Source: a virus (lineage: Duplodnaviria > Heunggongvirae > Uroviricota > Caudoviricetes). From it: a stretch of DNA of 57,091 nucleotides. A program made the position numbers and the translations under genes. Below, one piece after another: positions 31,211 through 40,108 of this stretch (position 1 is its first letter; every line of letters starts with the position of its first letter). Under the pieces are notes generated by a model, which worked only from the letters and a program-made list of their open reading frames with translations, ran no database searches and was not told the DNA's origin. The stretch lies in the IMG/VR virus record IMGVR_UViG_2534681675_000025, positions 1-57,091 of that record, one strand, 5' to 3'.

Positions 31211-31803
31211 TGAAACCTGTTTTTGATGAAAATGGACTGGCTACAGTGCCGGGTGATATGCGTTGTTTTTATTATGATGCAGTAACGTATGAATATACGG
31301 GCTGGTCTGATGAATATATTAATACTGGTATAAGTATGCCCGCCTGTTCCACTGGTATTGACCCTGGCGAAAACATTCCGGGAAAAGTGGCTGTATTTAC
31401 AGGTAAGGGATGGAGCCATGAAGAGGACCATCGCAATGAGACTGTTTACTCAATCGAAAATGGCGCAGCTGTTACAGTGGATTATATCGGTGCCATCAAA
31501 AACGGTTATGTCACGCTTTCACCGTTAACGCCATATGATAAATGGGATGGTGAGAAATGGGTGACAGATACTGAGGCACAACACGGTGCCGCAGTAGAAG
31601 CGGCAGAAGCACAGCGTCAGCCACTGATTGATGCTGCAATGGCTTCCATCAGTCTGATTCAGCTGAAATTACAGGCCGGGCGGAAGCTGACGCAGGCAGA
31701 AACCACCCGGCTTAACGCCGTGCTTGATTACATTGACGCGGTGACGGCAACAGATACGAGCACCGCTCCGGATGTCATCTGGCCTGAACTGCCGGAGGCG
31801 TAG
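31210..31803 (+). CDS. G: Tail fibre assembly protein (P2 gpG family)
   Basis: 197 aa, start overlaps H stop. Confidence 0.8.
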   Translation: MKPVFDENGLATVPGDMRCFYYDAVTYEYTGWSDEYINTGISMPACSTGIDPGENIPGKVAVFTGKGWSHEEDHRNETVYSIENGAAVTVDYIGAIKNGYVTLSPLTPYDKWDGEKWVTDTEAQHGAAVEAAEAQRQPLIDAAMASISLIQLKLQAGRKLTQAETTRLNAVLDYIDAVTATDTSTAPDVIWPELPEA

Positions 31804-32209
31804 GCCATTCAATATCTGGAGCACTGGAGGTATCAACCAGTTCCAGTGCGTCCAGATAATCCAGCCACAAATTATATTGCGCCAGTTCCTCACCTTTCAG
31901 ACGACCAATAGCCGCTTTACCAGGCCATTGCTTGGTATTCATATATTCGTTGGACTGATTAATCAATTGCTGTTTTTTCAATTCGGCTGCGGCAATCTGT
32001 TCCTCATGTGTTGGTGGTGGAATTTCAGACCATGCAGGAAAACCATTTTCCCCAGCGATACGGATTTTTCCTTTCGGCGGTAATCCGGAAAACTCAATAT
32101 ACACCTGCTCATCAACTTCAACAGCATCATCTGGCCATGAATTTACATTGATGTAGTCATCCTTAAGCGCAGGATTCACAAAAATATTTAAAGATGGACT
32201 AAAAAACAC
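31775..32209 (-). CDS. G: Tail fibre assembly protein (gpG family), prophage 2
   Basis: 144 aa; Tfa-like C-terminus; 3' end overlaps prophage 1 G by 29 bp, convergent. Confidence 0.75.
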   Translation of the reverse strand: MFFSPSLNIFVNPALKDDYINVNSWPDDAVEVDEQVYIEFSGLPPKGKIRIAGENGFPAWSEIPPPTHEEQIAAAELKKQQLINQSNEYMNTKQWPGKAAIGRLKGEELAQYNLWLDYLDALELVDTSSAPDIEWPTPPAVQAR

Positions 32210-32210
32210 A

Positions 32211-33692
32211 TCACCCTCCTATAGCAACATAACAGCCCGATACAGGATTTGCGGCAGTCGCTACGCTGGAAAAACCACGAAAGCCGCTTTTTGTGATTGC
32301 GGAGGCAGATAGTATTCCGGCACCCGAAGGTGTATGCCCCACGTGGCTGGCAACCATCACGTAGCACGCCGACGGAAAAGCGAAAGGGAAATTGTTTAAA
32401 TATCCCGCATCATCCCCCAGACTTCCCCCAAACTGCCCCACTCCCCACTGGATAATAAGTGGTCTCCGAACGCCAGAAATAATTAATGGAATTGCTACAT
32501 ACCCATTCACCAACATAGCGCCGGTTGTTGCGCCAGCCAGAGCCAATTCCCCCAAACCAAGGTAATCAAGAACTCCCTGAGTGCTGGTTTTACCAAGAAT
32601 GGCACGTCCAACACTTGTCAACGCGGTTAACGCGGCACGATCTGCCCCTGTAAAATATGGGAGTTTATCTGCTGATGTAGCAAGCTCCGCCAGCGCCGTC
32701 AGGGTGGCATCCTTCGGTTGCTTACCCGCAAGCGCGTTAGTCATGGTGGTCGCAAAATTCGGGTCATTGCCCAGCGCCGCAGCCAGTTCGTTCAGCGTGT
32801 TCAGTGCATCAGGTGACGAATCTACAAGTGCGGCAATCGCGGCCATAACGAAAGCCGTGCTTGCGATCTGGGTACTATTAGTCCCCTGTGGCGCTGTTGG
32901 TGTTGTTGGCGTTCCGGTCAGTGCCGGGCTGTTTAATGGTGCTTTCTTGCTCGTTTCATCCATTACCGCCTTAACAGCTTTTGGTGTCGCTGCCAGCGTT
33001 TCAGACGTGCTGTTCGTGGCGCTACTGAGCTGAACAATCCCTTTTTGTGTAGTGGTGGCGTTCTGGGCGGTATATTTCCCGTTAGCCAGGTCATATGCAG
33101 CCTTAACCGCTTTCGGTGTTGCGGCCAGTGTTTCTGATTCACTGTTAATTGCACTGCTTAACTGAGTAAAACCTTTTACGGTCAGCGAGGCGTCCGGGTG
33201 ACGTCGTGACTGTTCGTGCTCTGATATTTTATCATCCACATATTTGCGGGTTGCCAGAACCACAGACGGGTCGATTTTCAGCGTGATGGCTTCGGTGTTC
33301 GTGACAACCAGAATCATGCGGATAGTCTGGGTGCGTCCACTGCCTTCCTGCAACTGCGGTTTGTACGTTTCCGGGCAGTTTGCCACCGCAATGAGTACAC
33401 CTTCATCATCATAAAGCCCAATCTCACGGATCCAGAATCCTCCCTCGTTTTCAGGGATGATTTGCTCCGCAATAATCTGGCTCTGATTGTTAGGGTCAAC
33501 ACTCAGAAGATTCAGCGGTGCAATGCGTTTCTGGTTAATCAGTTTTGTTTGTGCAGGGTCTGGTGTTGGTAACACACCATTTGCATCACCAACGGCCATT
33601 TGCGTCAGATTCAGCTTACTGCCGAGCATCGTCGCGTTAGCCAGTCGTGCCGCGCCCTGATTAGTCAGAATGGCGTAGTATTTCACTGTCAT
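32211..33692 (-). CDS. H: Tail fibre protein (gpH family), prophage 2
   Basis: 493 aa; N-terminus homologous to prophage 1 H; contains LNTLNELAAALGNDPNFATT motif. Confidence 0.85.
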   Translation of the reverse strand: MTVKYYAILTNQGAARLANATMLGSKLNLTQMAVGDANGVLPTPDPAQTKLINQKRIAPLNLLSVDPNNQSQIIAEQIIPENEGGFWIREIGLYDDEGVLIAVANCPETYKPQLQEGSGRTQTIRMILVVTNTEAITLKIDPSVVLATRKYVDDKISEHEQSRRHPDASLTVKGFTQLSSAINSESETLAATPKAVKAAYDLANGKYTAQNATTTQKGIVQLSSATNSTSETLAATPKAVKAVMDETSKKAPLNSPALTGTPTTPTAPQGTNSTQIASTAFVMAAIAALVDSSPDALNTLNELAAALGNDPNFATTMTNALAGKQPKDATLTALAELATSADKLPYFTGADRAALTALTSVGRAILGKTSTQGVLDYLGLGELALAGATTGAMLVNGYVAIPLIISGVRRPLIIQWGVGQFGGSLGDDAGYLNNFPFAFPSACYVMVASHVGHTPSGAGILSASAITKSGFRGFSSVATAANPVSGCYVAIGG

Positions 33693-34297
33693 GCGTTTAC
33701 TCTCAGATTATCAATTAAATGAATGGCCGGGGCAGGGAAATAATCCCCTTCGACAATAATGGACTCCGGGGTGTAGGGATAAACCGTCAGGGCATCGCCG
33801 TGATAGCATCCCGTACCAACGAAAATCTTTCCGTTCACACTCAGGCTGATCGCCAGCCCCGTCAGATGGCGACTTACTGGTTTTGCATCCGCAATAAGGC
33901 GCTCAAGTTCCTGATACATTTCATCGGTGATGCCCTGATCAAGTACTCCGACAACAATGCGAAATGTTCCTGGCTCCTCGTTGAGTTGCCACCACTCCTT
34001 TACTTCAATCAGGTAGCCGAGAGGCTCCACGGCTCTTCGCAGTGCGCTGATGGTCCCTTTGTGTCGGTGTATCAGCCATGCATCACGAATCACCTGTCGC
34101 TTTGTCTCTTCCGGCCAGTTGCGATCCCAGCGGTCAACGGAAAACGCCCAGGCGAGATAAGGCAGCAGATGCACCGGGCAGGTGTCCGGCGACCACAGCG
34201 TGTTGAGGTCTACCGGAATGTCTGTAATGCGTGTTCCGACGGCTTCGGCACAACGCATGAAATTGCTGGCTGATGGTGGTAACAGTGAATTACTCAT
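33689..34297 (-). CDS. I: Baseplate protein (gpI family), prophage 2; start likely at MSNSLLPP
   Basis: Homologous to prophage 1 I. Confidence 0.8.
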   Translation of the reverse strand: MSNSLLPPSASNFMRCAEAVGTRITDIPVDLNTLWSPDTCPVHLLPYLAWAFSVDRWDRNWPEETKRQVIRDAWLIHRHKGTISALRRAVEPLGYLIEVKEWWQLNEEPGTFRIVVGVLDQGITDEMYQELERLIADAKPVSRHLTGLAISLSVNGKIFVGTGCYHGDALTVYPYTPESIIVEGDYFPAPAIHLIDNLRVNA

Positions 34298-35186
34298 TGC
34301 GCCCACCTTCGCTGATGGTGAATGACTCACAGCGCGCTGCCTGTATGTCGCTGATGGCCATATTCTGTGTGGGTTCGATTATCTCCACGCGTTGCACACC
34401 GTGCACATGCAGTGCGGCAGCAATGGCGGACAACGCCACGTCCTGACCGATAAGCCCCTGCTCAGCCAGCCACTTCCTGAACGACGATTCAGCCGCGGCC
34501 AGAATAGGTTCGGATTCCGGGCCGGGGTAAAAGTACAGTTTTGCATTCAGCCGCCATGTCACGATTCTGGCGCTCTGTACGGTCAGGCGGTCGGCCACCG
34601 GGCGGGTATCCTCTGCATTCAGAACGGCGCGAACGGTATTAAGCAACGCCTCCGTTGCTGTGCCGTCGCCTTCAGTGGACAGGATGGAAACCGTCACGTT
34701 GGCCGGAGACGGGCTGATGGCCCGCGCATCGCGTACCAGACCGCTGGCGCTGCGGGCAAAATACTCGTATGCACCTGAAGGGCCAGCAACACTCAGACCG
34801 TCATATGCCCGTTGCGCCCGTAGTCTCAGCGAGGTGTCACTTTCCATCACTGCGTCGGTGGTATCCGTTGCCGGAGTGATGGTCAGGCGTTTTGTGTTCA
34901 TATTGCCCGTGAGGTTGTCCAGGTCTGTCCCGGCGCTGTGGCTTAACATGCAGGCGCGTGCCCCCTCATTGATCCGCTGGCGTAACAGCATTTCACGAAA
35001 AGACATGGTTTGAGCGATAACGTTCAGGGGTTCCGATTCCAGCTCCAGCGCGGCGGAGACGGCTTCACGCTGTTCGGCAGGATAGGACGCAATCATCATG
35101 GCCTTTGTGTCAGCCAGAATTGCTTCAAAGTCAGGCTCCGCGATGATGGCGGGTTCCGGTAACTGGGAAAGGTCAACGGCGGGCAT
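34290..35186 (-). CDS. J: Baseplate protein (gpJ family), prophage 2
   Basis: 298 aa, begins MPAVDLSQLPEP. Confidence 0.85.
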   Translation of the reverse strand: MPAVDLSQLPEPAIIAEPDFEAILADTKAMMIASYPAEQREAVSAALELESEPLNVIAQTMSFREMLLRQRINEGARACMLSHSAGTDLDNLTGNMNTKRLTITPATDTTDAVMESDTSLRLRAQRAYDGLSVAGPSGAYEYFARSASGLVRDARAISPSPANVTVSILSTEGDGTATEALLNTVRAVLNAEDTRPVADRLTVQSARIVTWRLNAKLYFYPGPESEPILAAAESSFRKWLAEQGLIGQDVALSAIAAALHVHGVQRVEIIEPTQNMAISDIQAARCESFTISEGGRNE

Positions 35187-35189
35187 GAT

Positions 35190-35540
35190 TTACTCCCTCA
35201 GCGTGATGGTTAACTCAACATTCTGCATGGTCTGCATGACAGTGCCCGACAGCGTCACCCCGGCGCGGCCTCCCGCTTTCCAGACAACGTCGATGGCATC
35301 CAGGGCAATGCGGGGTTCCCATCGTGTCAGCGCAATCACGGCAGCACTCATGCATTGCAGGCGCGTGGTGTTATTCATGGGTTCGTCAATCAAATCAGGC
35401 ACAAGGCTGCCATATTCCCGTCGCATAACCCGGCTTGCCAGCGGGGTGGTCAGGATATCCCTGACTGACTGTTTCAGGTGCTCCATATCGTTCAGGTTTC
35501 CCGTCCCGTCCGGATTCATTCCTGTGTAGCGGGTTGTCAC
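35190..35540 (-). CDS. W: Baseplate protein (gpW family), prophage 2
   Basis: 116 aa homologous to prophage 1 W. Confidence 0.85.
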   Translation of the reverse strand: MTTRYTGMNPDGTGNLNDMEHLKQSVRDILTTPLASRVMRREYGSLVPDLIDEPMNNTTRLQCMSAAVIALTRWEPRIALDAIDVVWKAGGRAGVTLSGTVMQTMQNVELTITLRE

Positions 35541-36118
35541 TGCGGGCCTCCTGTCGAATCGCTGCCGCCTTTCACGCCACCGTGTTTATGCGTATGCACT
35601 GTGATGCCGTTTGAGGTGAAGTTGCCGCCGCTGTGCGTGATATTGCCGCTCATCTTTCCTCCTTTTGTGACGTCAAGCGTCGCCGTTCTCAGAAGGTTTG
35701 TGCATTCCACGACGGGCGTATCCAGTTTCACGCTGACGGATGCCTGTAAAGTGGCCGTTTTAATGCCGCTGGCGCTCAGTGCGCCTGCGTCCGCGTCGTA
35801 GCGGAACACCGCGCCGTCCGGCGCGCTGATCACGATTTCTTTCAGGCTTTTGCCGGGGGCCGGATTGGCATCACTCCACAGGCTGCCAATTATCATGGCG
35901 GTTTCCGGGTTGCCGCCAATGCAGGCAATTACCACCTGTTCGCCTGGTGATGGCGGCAGCCACACATTGAAGGCTCCCGCGCGCGTGGTGTTCCAGCGCA
36001 ACCAGCCTGTTTCCAGTTCGCCGCTGCGAACGCGCACGCGCCAGGACTTCTCATCAACTTCAGAGATGATCCCGGTGCGGATGATATTGCTCAGCAGTCG
36101 CATGAGTTCTGCGCTCAC
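35537..36118 (-). CDS. V: Baseplate spike/assembly protein (gpV family), prophage 2
   Basis: 193 aa homologous to prophage 1 V. Confidence 0.85.
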   Translation of the reverse strand: MSAELMRLLSNIIRTGIISEVDEKSWRVRVRSGELETGWLRWNTTRAGAFNVWLPPSPGEQVVIACIGGNPETAMIIGSLWSDANPAPGKSLKEIVISAPDGAVFRYDADAGALSASGIKTATLQASVSVKLDTPVVECTNLLRTATLDVTKGGKMSGNITHSGGNFTSNGITVHTHKHGGVKGGSDSTGGPQ

Positions 36119-36759
36119 CGTACAGCCTCCGCAATCCGGCCCAGCACCGTGTTATAAATCAGGCGCTCATCTGCCTGGCTGATACCCAACAGCTCACGTA
36201 CCGGGTAATCGGTGAAAATGCCCGGCGCAACCTGATCGCGCTCACCGAACTGATGAACGCGGGCAATACGTGCGGCCACGCCGCTGTAACCCACCGTCAC
36301 ACCGGAAGCATCTGCACGGGCTTTCAGGTAGCGGGCGGTGCGCAGTTTTACGAACATGGGGACGCGCTTTGTGCTGTCCTGGTTGATGCGCCGGGTGCGT
36401 ATTTCCAGAAAACGGTCGATGTCATCCCGGTAAAACGTGCGGATATTGTTTTTATCCTCATCCCACCCGGTAATGGTTCGCCCGTATTTCCCCGTGTCGT
36501 GATGCCAGTTTTTCAGCGTGCGTGCTTCGTTATTCCAGATAAAGCGAATGCGCTCCTGTATCCGGGTTACGCGGCGTCTGCGTGGTGTCCATGCAGTCCC
36601 GTCCGGCGCTTTCTGTGACCGGATACGTGCCTGCTGGGCGCGACGTAAATCCTGTGCCAGCTTTCTGGCGATGTTATTGATGGCCTGCTGATTCAGGCTG
36701 TCGCGGATGGCCTCAAAGGTTTCATCCACACGGGTGAATGCCTTATCCATCGCTTTCAC
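36115..36759 (-). CDS. S: Tail completion/virion morphogenesis protein (gpS family), prophage 2
   Basis: 214 aa, homologous to prophage 1 S with internal extension. Confidence 0.75.
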   Translation of the reverse strand: MKAMDKAFTRVDETFEAIRDSLNQQAINNIARKLAQDLRRAQQARIRSQKAPDGTAWTPRRRRVTRIQERIRFIWNNEARTLKNWHHDTGKYGRTITGWDEDKNNIRTFYRDDIDRFLEIRTRRINQDSTKRVPMFVKLRTARYLKARADASGVTVGYSGVAARIARVHQFGERDQVAPGIFTDYPVRELLGISQADERLIYNTVLGRIAEAVR

Positions 36760-37210
36760 CCCACGTCACATCCTGGAATACATGTGACCAGTCGCCTTCG
36801 GAAGAGGGCAGACGGGGTTTTGGCTCCGGCAGGTGTTCTGCCTGCGGTGTGCCCTGACTGTTGCGCGTAATGCGAACGCGTTCCCGCAGGGGGAGCGTAA
36901 ACAGGAGATCGGCGCTGTCATCGTCATTGATAACGGCGGAAAATTTGATGTCCTGATTACGCTCCGGATTGAGCAACAACTGTGGCTGATTTTCGGATAA
37001 CCACGCCAGTAGTGGCAACGTGAGGTCGTCCAGCTCCCCGGCGTAATCCATGACAAACATCACCATCTGATAGCGGTAAACAAACGAGGGCGTTTCTCCG
37101 GTCGTTTCAATGTTGCCGCTCTCCACGAAAATGGTGAATTTTTCCGGGTTGGCCTGACACCATCGGCATGAACGGGTCATGGCTTCACGCAGGGAATCAG
37201 TTTTCAGCAT
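36743..37210 (-). CDS. R: Tail completion protein (gpR family), prophage 2
   Basis: 155 aa homologous to prophage 1 R. Confidence 0.75.
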   Translation of the reverse strand: MLKTDSLREAMTRSCRWCQANPEKFTIFVESGNIETTGETPSFVYRYQMVMFVMDYAGELDDLTLPLLAWLSENQPQLLLNPERNQDIKFSAVINDDDSADLLFTLPLRERVRITRNSQGTPQAEHLPEPKPRLPSSEGDWSHVFQDVTWGESDG

Positions 37211-37487
37211 GGTTGTTGTCCTCGTTGTTCAGTCGTTGCAGCCTGCGCTGTTCCAGTAATTCAATGGCCCGTTTATCCGCGTTACAGGTTTCCAGTGCAT
37301 CCAGAAGGCGGTCGCCCCATATACCGAGATTTCCCCATGTGGGAGTGTCAGGGAAGGGGGGAGGCGTTACCGGTATGGTCAGCGTCTGCGGTATAAGCCG
37401 GACTGACGGCGCTGGCCGTAGCGCGTTCTGCGTGCCTGCGCAGCCTGTCAGTAAAACGAGCGTCAGGCAAAGCGTGGGCGCATTCAT
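37197..37487 (-). CDS. Rz1-like o-spanin lipoprotein, prophage 2
   Basis: MNAPTLCLTLVLLTGC lipobox, Pro-rich; partly embedded in the i-spanin gene. Confidence 0.5.
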   Translation of the reverse strand: MNAPTLCLTLVLLTGCAGTQNALRPAPSVRLIPQTLTIPVTPPPFPDTPTWGNLGIWGDRLLDALETCNADKRAIELLEQRRLQRLNNEDNNHAEN

Positions 37488-37755
37488 CTTTTGCAATATC
37501 GTTGCGTAGCTGTTCACGTCTTGCCTCTCCGTCCTGATTGCGTTGCTGATTTTCCACGCGGAGTTGCGCCAGCACCTGCTGCATATCCTGTACCCCGGCG
37601 CTGATGATATTCAGGGTGTCGGCGGTACGTTTCAGGGTGCTGGCCTGCGCTTCGTTTCTGGCGTTCTCCCGGCCCAGCGACCATGACAGACGCATGGATG
37701 TTCCCCATCCGGCAATCAGAAGGAAAGCGACGCCAAGCGTTGGCCAGAGCTTCAT
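37348..37755 (-). CDS. Rz-like i-spanin, prophage 2; start taken at MKLWPTLGVAFLLIAGW
   Basis: N-terminal transmembrane segment, Q/R-rich coiled-coil region; ATGA overlap with endolysin stop. Confidence 0.6.
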   Translation of the reverse strand: MKLWPTLGVAFLLIAGWGTSMRLSWSLGRENARNEAQASTLKRTADTLNIISAGVQDMQQVLAQLRVENQQRNQDGEARREQLRNDIAKDECAHALPDARFTDRLRRHAERATASAVSPAYTADADHTGNASPLP

Positions 37756-38144
37756 GCCGGATAGGCTCCGTGTGGTAACTGAAAATGCGGTCCGTCTTTC
37801 AGGGTCTTCCAGTCGCCGCCCCATTCCACCGGAATATTCAGTTCCCGGCTGGCCTGTCTGAATGCGGCTGCGATTTTTTCGTACAGCGGCCATTCCCATG
37901 ACACCTGGCTGCCGATATAAGCCACAACATCCACGGCATGTCCCGTAAGGTGGCGGCTGTTCATGGTCTGGCTCTTACCTGTGGCCACAAGTTGCTTCTG
38001 GCGGTAACGGCTGCGCAACCCTTCGGTGATACCAAAATCCACTTCCGAAATTTCCAGTGCCCGTCGGGTCACTTTCACCAGATCAGGATTTACGCCCTGC
38101 AAATTCTTTTCGCTCCGGCTGCTGAATTTAAATGTGTTGCTCAT
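37752..38144 (-). CDS. Endolysin, peptidase M15-type (L-alanyl-D-glutamate peptidase-like)
   Basis: 130 aa; SRHLTGHAVDV and GPHFQ zinc-ligand motifs of M15 peptidases. Confidence 0.8.
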   Translation of the reverse strand: MSNTFKFSSRSEKNLQGVNPDLVKVTRRALEISEVDFGITEGLRSRYRQKQLVATGKSQTMNSRHLTGHAVDVVAYIGSQVSWEWPLYEKIAAAFRQASRELNIPVEWGGDWKTLKDGPHFQLPHGAYPA

Positions 38145-38464
38145 TCGTCCTTCTCCTTCACCCTGCGATTAAAGGCCGCAATAACCTTGTCGCGTGCTTT
38201 CTCTGCCCCCATAAAACCGATTGATGCGCCGATAAACGTCACGGCATCTTCAGGAAAACCGAAGAAGCGCAACGACCCGGCCACGGCCATGGCAAGAACG
38301 CCGCACGCCAGCGATCCCGTTACGGTCTGAACCAGTGTTCGTCCGTCATAAAGACTCATCAGCGCGGAAATGCTGACCGCCGCGCCTACTGCATACACCG
38401 TTGGCAGGTGGTCAAAGAGCCATGCAATAACCTGCTCTGTGATCCCTGTTTGAATGGTGCTCAC
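38141..38464 (-). CDS. Putative holin, prophage 2 (GTG start at 38464 assumed)
   Basis: About 107 aa with 2-3 hydrophobic helices; GGGGGGAG RBS before GTG; just upstream of endolysin. Confidence 0.5.
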   Translation of the reverse strand: MSTIQTGITEQVIAWLFDHLPTVYAVGAAVSISALMSLYDGRTLVQTVTGSLACGVLAMAVAGSLRFFGFPEDAVTFIGASIGFMGAEKARDKVIAAFNRRVKEKDE

Positions 38465-38466
38465 TG

Positions 38467-38667
38467 CTACTCCCCCCACAACTGAATCATTTCTCGTTTC
38501 TTCTTCTCCGGCTCCGGCATCTCCACTTCCTGCCCGGCGTCCAGAAATACCTGCTGACAGAGTCCGGGGTTGGCATCCAGCACCTTTTCGGTGACGCCCT
38601 GCGTCGTGCCGTAGTACCGGAAACAGAGCGAATCCACGGTGTCGCCTTCCAGTGCCTTCACTTTCAT
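38467..38667 (-). CDS. X: Tail protein X (gpX family), prophage 2
   Basis: MKVKALEGDTVDSLCFRYYGTTQG..., homologous to prophage 1 X. Confidence 0.8.
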   Translation of the reverse strand: MKVKALEGDTVDSLCFRYYGTTQGVTEKVLDANPGLCQQVFLDAGQEVEMPEPEKKKREMIQLWGE

Positions 38668-39170
38668 CAGCACAACTCCGCAAAGATTCGCGGGCGGCAC
38701 AGAATGTCAGAGATGGCCCAGCTCACATCGCGCCACAAATCCGATGTCTGTATATCCAGTGCGTCCGCCCGGCGGTCGCCCTTGTCCGTTGTGTCCGCAT
38801 CGCGGTAACGCTCCAGAATCAGGGCGCGTGTGGCGGTATAAACAGCATTGCGCCAGCGCCAGAGATTGACGCTTTCTCCGTTAATTACGGGTGCCGGAAC
38901 ATCGGCCAGCGTCTGATGGCCAGCCGCCTGCTGTTCCTGCTGCCACGCTTCCAGCTCGCGGGTAACGTGTGCCACGGCCCCGGTGGCGGTATGCAGCAGG
39001 CGGGAGGTGGTCACACGGCCCGGCAGTCGTATCGCCAGACGCAGCTCACGCAGCACAATATCCGGCCAGAATGCGCCCGCTGAAATACGGGTATCACCAT
39101 CATCGGTATCGGTGATGTCGTCCTCTGCGGGGCCGGGGTTGGTTCTGGCAACCATACTCATGGGGTTCAC
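38667..39170 (-). CDS. L: Head completion protein (gpL family), prophage 2
   Basis: 167 aa homologous to prophage 1 L. Confidence 0.8.
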   Translation of the reverse strand: MNPMSMVARTNPGPAEDDITDTDDGDTRISAGAFWPDIVLRELRLAIRLPGRVTTSRLLHTATGAVAHVTRELEAWQQEQQAAGHQTLADVPAPVINGESVNLWRWRNAVYTATRALILERYRDADTTDKGDRRADALDIQTSDLWRDVSWAISDILCRPRIFAELC

Positions 39171-39262
39171 TCCTGAAAAAATCGGGCGGTGGGTATGCGG
39201 TGTAAACGGTCACGGAGTCAAACTGGAACACCGCGCACGCCGCCCGCTGACGGGGTCAGTCG

Positions 39263-40063
39263 TTAACCGCGCTTCGCCTTCTGCGTCGCGGTGGTTTTTC
39301 GTGTTGCAGGCTTCCGCGTTGTCTTTTTACTTTTGCTGCTTTCGTCCTGCGCCTGCGGTGTGCTGGCATCTTCTGGTGCGGCTGCGGAATCGGCTTTTTT
39401 CAGGGCGCGGGAAAGGGTTGCAATCTCGCGTTTCACACCTGCGTTCGGGTTCAGGTGCATCGCTTCGCGCAGCAGCTTCAGTGATGAGGCCATGCTGTCC
39501 GCATCGGTCAGGCCACGACGGGCAAAGGCGCACGCCTTGCATAATTTGGCGCGCACTTCGTCCGGCATGTCCTGGTCGGTGACAATCTCCCGGAGGGTGT
39601 CCAGTGGTTCGATAAAGGCGGACAAATCCGCGTCGGCATCCGCCCCGGCCTGCGTCAGTACCGGGTTGCAGATTTCTTCGGTCAGCACTGTGGCAGCAGT
39701 ACGGCCAAAGTTATCCGGCATAATGAGGTTATGACGGACCACATACGCACCAATACGCAACGCCAGCGGAAGATCGCCGCAGTCAATCGCCCACACCATC
39801 AGCGTGGCAATCACTTCATCCTGCTGCCCGCCGTCAGCCTCCAGCGTTCCCTCAATCCAGCCGGAAAAATCCGGCAACAACTCTTTTTTGATGGCGGCTT
39901 TCGCGCTTCTGGCCTGTACGCCCTTAAGCCGGGCCTGTGCCAGACGCAGACGATACAGCACCTCTTCATGCGCGGTACGCGCGGCGTGGTCCACGCCTTC
40001 ATTCGCCCGGCCTGCGCGCTGTGCCATCACGTTCTGCCAGTGTTGCTGTGCAGGAGTAATCAT
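39263..40063 (-). CDS. M: Terminase small/endonuclease subunit (gpM family), prophage 2
   Basis: 266 aa homologous to prophage 1 M. Confidence 0.8.
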   Translation of the reverse strand: MITPAQQHWQNVMAQRAGRANEGVDHAARTAHEEVLYRLRLAQARLKGVQARSAKAAIKKELLPDFSGWIEGTLEADGGQQDEVIATLMVWAIDCGDLPLALRIGAYVVRHNLIMPDNFGRTAATVLTEEICNPVLTQAGADADADLSAFIEPLDTLREIVTDQDMPDEVRAKLCKACAFARRGLTDADSMASSLKLLREAMHLNPNAGVKREIATLSRALKKADSAAAPEDASTPQAQDESSKSKKTTRKPATRKTTATQKAKRG

Positions 40064-40108
40064 TTTTTCTCTCCGTTACAGGCGGGCATGATGCCCGCCG
40101 TGAGTTGA

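Larger units (their letters stand above)
7341..31803 (+). mobile_element. P2-family (186-like) prophage left arm: int to tail fibre assembly gene G; no sheath/tube/tape-measure/D/ogr module
   Basis: P2 gene order int-repressor-early genes-A-cos-Q/P-O-N-M-L-X-lysis-R-S-V-W-J-I-H-G. Confidence 0.85.

Noticed and set aside
31775-33692. Mu/P1-style invertible tail-fibre segment (shufflon)
   Set aside because: The convergent G/G' arrangement superficially resembles an invertible fibre segment, but both H genes are full length with their own baseplate genes upstream, and no serine invertase gene is present.
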